DNA of 27,713 nt from an uncultured Candidatus Saccharibacteria bacterium (lineage in GTDB: Bacteria; Patescibacteriota; Minisyncoccia; 2-01-FULL-47-10; CAYTAF01): assembly GCA_964435865.1 (NCBI GenBank), contig CAYTAF010000002.1:1-27713 (forward strand). The letters are read 5' to 3'. The notes beneath the pieces are model-generated. The model made no database searches and was not told the origin of the DNA. It was given only the letters and a program-made list of their open reading frames with translations. This document shows, in pieces, positions 22,086 through 27,713 of the stretch (positions are counted from its first letter, which is position 1; each line of letters begins with the position of its first letter). The translations under genes were made by a program, and so were the position numbers.

Positions 22086-24704
22086 TTACATTGAGTCAAA
22101 TCCTGCCTTCCACTCCAAAACCCACTTTGCAACCTCAACCACCATAATCAAACCGATCGCAAAACCTCCAATAATTAACCAATCCTGTCCCATTAAAGGA
22201 ACAGTACGCAATATGGCTTGTAAAGGAGGTAAATATATGCCGGCTAACATTGTCGTAATCCCGGCCCCAATTCCAGCTATCAATGCTTTGTTATCTAATA
22301 AATTGCTACGCCATAATGGACGCCGTAATGCTTTCACCGGCAAAGCATATAATAACGCTGCCAAGCCAATGCCAGCAAAAATCAGCGTTCGCAGCTCGGT
22401 CAGCTCCTTTCCTGATTGCAATGACCACCAAAATAATCCGAGAAACGCCACACCGGTAATTACACTGATAAACACGAACAAACTTCCTTCAAATCGGTCA
22501 AATATGCCCGCACTTTTTGAGCGGGGCTTCTGTCGCATAACATATTTTTCCGGAGGTTCAAAAGCAAACGCCAAACTCGGAAAAACGTCATTTACTAAAT
22601 TGATCCATAAAATTTGAGCCGCTAAAATAGGTAACGGCAAGCCCAACAAGATAGATCCCAAGATCAAAGCCACCTCGGAAAAGCTATCAGCAAGCAGGTA
22701 CAAGGCGGTTTTCTTCATATTATTAAACGCGGTTCGACCCTGCCGAATACTTTCTACAATAGTGGCAAAATTATCATCCAACAACACCAAATCCGCCGCC
22801 TCTTTCGCCACCTCGGTCCCGGACCCCACCGCTACCCCGATATCGGCTTTTTTCAGGGCCGGGGCATCATTTACTCCATCCCCTGTCATGGCTACCACGC
22901 TACCTCGCCTTTGCCACGCCTGGATAATCTTTAACTTGTGCTCCGGGTTTACACGAGCATAAATATCTATTTCCTCTAATTGACGCTCCAACGCTTCTAC
23001 CGAAATAGCTTCCAAGTCCCGACCGGTTAACACAGAATTAGTATCATCACGAAGCCCAAGACGACGCCCGATAGCCTTGGCAGTCAACGGATGATCACCG
23101 GTGACCATAACAGTACGGACGCCGGCACCTCGAGCCTCTTGGATAGCTTCCTCTGCCTCAACTCGCAGAGGATCCTCTAAAGCAAGCAATCCGATAAACT
23201 CTATACCCTCCAGCAAACCCGCTAAATCCTGATCCGTGTACTCGCTAACTTGCTCCGCAACGCGAGGCGGAATATTCCGATATCCCACCCCGATGACACG
23301 AAGTCCTTCTTGAGCCATCTCCTCTACCTTGCTTAAGATCTCTTGCTTTTTGTTATCAGTAACTTGAGCGGCCTCCAGCAACTTCTCAGGGGCTCCGGAG
23401 ACCACCGCCATAGACGTCTCAGCGCTCCACTGCCAGACCGACAACAAATATTTTCTCTCTGTAGTAAAGGGCAATTGAGCGATGCGGGATTTTCGAGTAC
23501 GTAATTGCCAAATATCCAACTCTTCTTGAGCAAGGCCTTCTATAACAGCCCGATCTGTAGCTGACCCCACCAACTCCCCGTCTTCTTGTTGTACTACATC
23601 CGCACTCAAGCCCGCCAGTGTAAGTAATGGGTCAGCCTTGATATCCTCTAAAAACGCAGGACGCTTTTCAAAATACGAAACCGTTTCCTGAAGAACCATA
23701 GTACCCCGAGTGAGCGTGCCTGTTTTATCCGTAGCAATAACATCAGAGGACCCTAATGTTTCCGAGGCTACTAAGCGCCTAATCAATCCATTTTTCCTTA
23801 AAATACGAGTAGCGGCAATCGCTAAAACAACCGTTAAAGCCACAGGGAGGCCTTCCGGGATAGCCGCCACGGCAATGGCAACCGCGGTTACAAAGACCTC
23901 TTCTCCAGCATAAGTGCCTGATATAAGCCCGGCGAGAAAAATTAATAACGTGGCTCCGATCACCAGCATCCCGATCAGTTGACTAAGTCGCTTCACGTGC
24001 AACTGAAAGGGCGTTAAGGTCCTCTCCGAAGTTTCTACCAGTTGGGCAATTTTTCCAAGCTCGGTCTCCTCGCCCGTAGCTGTAACCACTGCCTCCGCAC
24101 GTCCCTGCTGGACCGTAGTCCCCATAAACACCATATTGGTCTTATCGCCTACGCTCACCGTCTTCTCCACCGGGGAAGTCTGTTTATACACGGGTACGGA
24201 CTCACCGGTGAGTTGAGCTTCATCCACCTGTAAATTCCGCACACTCAACAAGCGACCATCCGCCGCTACCCGATCTCCGGCACCCAATATTAAGATATCC
24301 CCCGGTACCACCTCTGAAGAATCCACTTGAAACTCTTTTCCCGACCGCCTTACGAGGGCAGAGTGGCGCACAGTTTCTCGCAGCTGATCAAAAGCAGCGG
24401 AAGCCTTATACTCCTGGAAAAAACCGACTACGGCATTGATACCCAATGCCGCTCCAATAACAAGAGTATCTAAGGTCTCTCCTAAAAACAACGTGATGCC
24501 TCCCGCTACAAATAAAATATAAATAAGCGGACTCTTGAATTGCCTCAAAAACATCCGCACAACACGCAATGAAGATTTTCTCTGAAATTCGTTAGCACCG
24601 TATTCTCGCATCCTCTCTTTTGCCTGTCGCGGCTCCAAGCCAGTTTCTGGCTGGACAGAGAAGTGTTCTAAAACTTTTTTAACAGGATATCGATGCCACT
24701 CCAT
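22086..24704 (-). CDS. Type II P-type cation-transporting ATPase (Ca2+-ATPase-like)
   Basis: LTGES, AAIPEGLP, phosphorylation site DKTGTLT, MVTGDH, TGDGVNDAPAL and ILWINLVND; the transported ion is not established. Confidence 0.93.
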   Translation of the reverse strand: MEWHRYPVKKVLEHFSVQPETGLEPRQAKERMREYGANEFQRKSSLRVVRMFLRQFKSPLIYILFVAGGITLFLGETLDTLVIGAALGINAVVGFFQEYKASAAFDQLRETVRHSALVRRSGKEFQVDSSEVVPGDILILGAGDRVAADGRLLSVRNLQVDEAQLTGESVPVYKQTSPVEKTVSVGDKTNMVFMGTTVQQGRAEAVVTATGEETELGKIAQLVETSERTLTPFQLHVKRLSQLIGMLVIGATLLIFLAGLISGTYAGEEVFVTAVAIAVAAIPEGLPVALTVVLAIAATRILRKNGLIRRLVASETLGSSDVIATDKTGTLTRGTMVLQETVSYFEKRPAFLEDIKADPLLTLAGLSADVVQQEDGELVGSATDRAVIEGLAQEELDIWQLRTRKSRIAQLPFTTERKYLLSVWQWSAETSMAVVSGAPEKLLEAAQVTDNKKQEILSKVEEMAQEGLRVIGVGYRNIPPRVAEQVSEYTDQDLAGLLEGIEFIGLLALEDPLRVEAEEAIQEARGAGVRTVMVTGDHPLTAKAIGRRLGLRDDTNSVLTGRDLEAISVEALERQLEEIDIYARVNPEHKLKIIQAWQRRGSVVAMTGDGVNDAPALKKADIGVAVGSGTEVAKEAADLVLLDDNFATIVESIRQGRTAFNNMKKTALYLLADSFSEVALILGSILLGLPLPILAAQILWINLVNDVFPSLAFAFEPPEKYVMRQKPRSKSAGIFDRFEGSLFVFISVITGVAFLGLFWWSLQSGKELTELRTLIFAGIGLAALLYALPVKALRRPLWRSNLLDNKALIAGIGAGITTMLAGIYLPPLQAILRTVPLMGQDWLIIGGFAIGLIMVVEVAKWVLEWKAGFDSM

Positions 24705-24710
24705 ACCTAA

Positions 24711-24719
24711 AGTATACCA
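24711..24719 (-). promoter_or_regulatory. Extended -10 element for the P-type ATPase (likely leaderless)
   Basis: TG-G-TATACT, 6 nt before ATG 24704. Confidence 0.6.
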
Positions 24720-24806
24720 TAATTTTTAAATTTCAGGGCTCATAATTTCCACATATTTATCAAATTCTAAATCATAACCAGCTACTAAATTAGGGTCCCC
24801 CAAAGA

Positions 24807-26507
24807 TCAATCTTTCGTTGGAGGAATTTGATAGTAATTTAAAATAAACTCTGCCAGATCAGAAAAAGCAGGAGTTACGGACTGCGCGGCAAAACGGACG
24901 CCTGACGGATCGTCCAATTTAATCAACGCCAAAAAAGCGGGGTCATAGGCCGGAGCATAACCTATGAACGTATGAATGTTTTCATCAGCTGAATACCCGG
25001 GTTTATTTTGACTCGCTACCTGGGCCGTACCTGTCTTGCCGGCTACATGATATCCCTTGACTCGCGCTTTTTTGCCATTCTCCACTACCGAGACCAACAT
25101 AGAAGTTAATCGATTGGTGGCCTCCCTGGAAAGTACCTTCTCTTTGCGCTGAGGAGAAAATTTTTCCGCTCCCCCATCAGGATGCACCACTTGCCGTACA
25201 AGCTGAGGACGATAAATATTCCCCCCGTTGGCAACGGCTCCCATGGCTTGCACAAGTTGCATCTGAGTAACGCTGACCCCTTGCCCGAAACTAGCAGTGG
25301 CATAGTTGACAGGACGCCCGGAATCAAGATTAGAAATATCCCCAGAAACTTCACCGGGCAGCCGGATACCAGTTTTCTGCCCGAACCGAAGCTGACTAAT
25401 ATAATCTTTAAATAAATTCTGACCTACTTGCCTCATAGCGTAAATGGCGCCGGTATTTAAGGACTGCTCCAATACCTCAGTCATCGTTACCGTGCCACGC
25501 GCCTCTCCGTCATAATTTTCAATGACCTCGGGGCCAATTTTTACTTCACCGGTATCGGTAAATTTCTCTTGAGGGGTGACAGCCCCAGAATCAAGGGCTG
25601 CCGCAAAAGTAAACGCTTTAAAAATAGAGCCGGGCTCAAAAGTAAGTTGATGAAAAGGACTTAAAAACATATTAGAGGCAAACTCACCATATTGGTTGGG
25701 GTTAAATCCAGGAACAGCAACCATAGCCTTAACAAACCCGGTTTCCGGATCCGTTACGATGATCTGCCCTCCATTGGCATCCCATTTATCCACAAGTTCC
25801 TGTAAAATTTCCCGGGCCTGAGTAGAAATATTTGGATCTAAGGAAAGAATCACATCAGAACCACTCTGGACGCCCCCTAAAGATCTTTTTGTCCAGCCAA
25901 CAATATTATCAACCGCATTAACGCGATTCTGAAGCGAGGCCTCACCGCCTAGAGTTTTATCCCAAGCAGCCTCTATCCCGTACTGTCCGGCCCGCTCGTC
26001 ACCCTCAAACCCAACAAATCCCACTGCCCGAGCAGAAAGTTGCTCCATAGGATAAAAACGCCCCCAAGAAGAAGTTAATTTAATGCCGGGATGATCGGTG
26101 CTGCTCTTTATGGCATTCGCTTCTTGTGAAGAAAGGCGATCCGTCAGCGGCTCATAGGGATCATTCTCCTTGCTAAGTCGTTTACGCAACACCGACTCCT
26201 CGACCTCCAGCTTCCCGGAAAGAGATCCAACAACACGATCCACGGCTTGTTTTTCGATTTTGGAGGGAACCGCGTACACGCTGAACCACTTTTTGTTTGT
26301 AGCGAGGGGAACCTGCTGTCCACTTTTATCCTGCATAAAAATTTTACCCCGCCGAAACATAGATTCCTTCGCAACCTGATGATTGGCCTGTGCTCTCTCT
26401 TTATATGCTTCAGCTTGCTGTACCTGAATAAAATAAAGGCGGGCCCCGAGCAAAACGGCCCACCCTACCAATAATACGAATATAAGGCTAATCCTCCACT
26501 TTGGCAT
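24807..26507 (-). CDS. ftsI: Class B penicillin-binding protein (FtsI/PBP3-like)
   Basis: N-terminal TM and dimerisation domain; SxxK (EPGSIFK), SxN (QSLN) and KTGT; follows rsmH-ftsL. Confidence 0.88.
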   Translation of the reverse strand: MPKWRISLIFVLLVGWAVLLGARLYFIQVQQAEAYKERAQANHQVAKESMFRRGKIFMQDKSGQQVPLATNKKWFSVYAVPSKIEKQAVDRVVGSLSGKLEVEESVLRKRLSKENDPYEPLTDRLSSQEANAIKSSTDHPGIKLTSSWGRFYPMEQLSARAVGFVGFEGDERAGQYGIEAAWDKTLGGEASLQNRVNAVDNIVGWTKRSLGGVQSGSDVILSLDPNISTQAREILQELVDKWDANGGQIIVTDPETGFVKAMVAVPGFNPNQYGEFASNMFLSPFHQLTFEPGSIFKAFTFAAALDSGAVTPQEKFTDTGEVKIGPEVIENYDGEARGTVTMTEVLEQSLNTGAIYAMRQVGQNLFKDYISQLRFGQKTGIRLPGEVSGDISNLDSGRPVNYATASFGQGVSVTQMQLVQAMGAVANGGNIYRPQLVRQVVHPDGGAEKFSPQRKEKVLSREATNRLTSMLVSVVENGKKARVKGYHVAGKTGTAQVASQNKPGYSADENIHTFIGYAPAYDPAFLALIKLDDPSGVRFAAQSVTPAFSDLAEFILNYYQIPPTKD

Positions 26508-26538
26508 GGAGAGAAGAAGAATCTATTAATATTTGTGT

Positions 26539-26832
26539 TCAGCGTCGCGAAAGAGATGCTGAACGGCCGGCTTTGATATAGCGAATATTGGTGGCATCAG
26601 TCAACTGATGCTTATCCATAGGTTGCTTAAACTTTTGCAACTTGTCTTGCTTCAATGATTCCGCTTGCAGCAAGCTGGTTGAGGCTGAATGTTGCTGATT
26701 GTTTTCCTGGAGCTCATTGATCGTATAGCCAAGACTAACAACCCGGCTTACCTGTACTATGTATGCAACAGCAAGCAAGGCAAGTAATATCACCAGCCCC
26801 GTAATAACGCGTGATGACGTTACTTTTTGCAT
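26539..26832 (-). CDS. FtsL-like small bitopic coiled-coil protein
   Basis: Short N-tail, one TM (VITGLVILLALLAVAYIV) and a coiled-coil; sits between rsmH and ftsI. Start is ATG 26832 or 26874. Confidence 0.65.
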   Translation of the reverse strand: MQKVTSSRVITGLVILLALLAVAYIVQVSRVVSLGYTINELQENNQQHSASTSLLQAESLKQDKLQKFKQPMDKHQLTDATNIRYIKAGRSASLSRR

Positions 26833-26845
26833 AGGAGCTGTTTTA

Positions 26846-27712
26846 TTATTCCTGTTGGGGGCGGGAGACACCATATAGTTTGGCTGATCTGGATCTGGGA
26901 TTATTATATATTTCCTGCTCAGAAGGAGCTTGTGCGGCACAGATTACAGAAAAGTCCTCCGAATTTTGACCTAAATGCCGCAAAAATTTTCTGACCTCCT
27001 GCTCTTCCAAAGAATGAAAAACGATAACCGCTATACGAAAGGGCTGCAATTGCCAGGCAGCGCGCAAGGCTAACTGTAATTCCTCCAGTTCCTGATTTAC
27101 CGCAAGGCGTACAGCCTGGAATATCCGTGTTGCCGGATGGCGTCTACCTTCCTGTTTACCGCTTGGCAGACCGGCCCGGATAGCTTCCACCAGCTCGCCA
27201 GTACTTTGTAAGGGTCGACGCTCTACAATGCGAGAAGCAATGGTACCGGCATGACCCTCTTGGCCATACTGAAGAAAAATATTTTTCAATTCTTTTTTAG
27301 AAAGAGTGTTAAGGAGCTCTTGGGCAGATCTGCCCTCATCGAAGCTGAGACGCATATCCAAAGCTTCTTCACGCTGAAAACTGAAGCCGCGACCACTCTT
27401 TTCTAAGTGCCAACTAGAGACTCCCGCATCAATCAAGATTCCATGCCACTGCTTTGCTCGCACGCCTTTTTGGCTCATTACCTGGCTTGCACGTCCGGAG
27501 CAGAACGTTACTCGTTTTTTAAAACGAAAGAGCTGCCTTCGCGCTTCTTCCAAAACTTCCGGATCACGATCTATACCGAGAAGAACATTATGACGATTTG
27601 CCCTTAAAATAGCGTTCGTATGGCCTCCTTCCCCTATTGTCGCATCGATATAATTACCGCCTCTTTCTGCTTCCAGCACCTCCAGCACCTCTTGGCTCAT
27701 TACCGGCTTGTG
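26846..27712 (-). CDS. rsmH: 16S rRNA m4C1402 methyltransferase RsmH (5' end beyond the window)
   Basis: IDATIGEGGH, GIDRDP, DAGVSSWHL, GFSF, LDMR, HPATRIFQAVRLAVNQEL, FHSLE and NPRSRSAKL. The frame stays open to the edge as HKPVMSQEV, so the track's Met is internal. Confidence 0.96.
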   Translation of the reverse strand, partial: HKPVMSQEVLEVLEAERGGNYIDATIGEGGHTNAILRANRHNVLLGIDRDPEVLEEARRQLFRFKKRVTFCSGRASQVMSQKGVRAKQWHGILIDAGVSSWHLEKSGRGFSFQREEALDMRLSFDEGRSAQELLNTLSKKELKNIFLQYGQEGHAGTIASRIVERRPLQSTGELVEAIRAGLPSGKQEGRRHPATRIFQAVRLAVNQELEELQLALRAAWQLQPFRIAVIVFHSLEEQEVRKFLRHLGQNSEDFSVICAAQAPSEQEIYNNPRSRSAKLYGVSRPQQE

Positions 27713-27713
27713 A

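Noticed and set aside
24720-24800. AATT-rich stretch upstream of the P-type ATPase as another phased element
   Set aside because: AATT positions (24721, 24729, 24744, 24763, 24788) do not keep a consistent period, and no mirror arm is clear.
27669-27690. TCCAGCACC tandem duplication near the rsmH 5' end
   Set aside because: An in-frame coding repeat (EVLEVLE) with no further significance.

Overview
Compact housekeeping region from a reduced-genome bacterium. Patescibacteria/CPR (Parcubacteria-like) is inferred from the hisS-HIT-rpsU-ftsA-ftsZ order, split ComEC, short HrcA, long NDK and scarce Shine-Dalgarno sites. The standard genetic code is used (TGA is a stop). Left to right: dnaK, hsp20, grpE, hrcA (minus strand, behind a perfect CIRCE); corA-like, cysS, dnaB, recR (plus strand); then on the minus strand rplU, RNase HI, an atypical receiver protein, pgk, ndk, two-part comEC, class II RNR nrdJ, ftsZ, ftsA, rpsU, HIT, hisS, lepB, a P-type ATPase, ftsI, an ftsL-like gene and rsmH (5'-truncated). 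I found no rRNA, tRNA, CRISPR array or transposase. The most unusual signal is non-coding. Many intergenic gaps are filled with elements in which a 3-5 nt core recurs at a fixed 7- or 8-nt period, often as two reverse-complementary arms around a spacer: CAAA/TTTG, GAATA/TATTC, TAG/CTA (twice), plus single-arm AGTAT and CTT arrays. The architecture is shared while the core differs from locus to locus. Secondary signals: complementary 5' and 3' flanks bracketing nrdJ, a CorA homologue without its GMN motif, a receiver domain without its phospho-acceptor Asp, a PGK with altered substrate-binding motifs, and a long hairpin in the hsp20 leader. All coordinates and counts were derived by hand; no database search was run.
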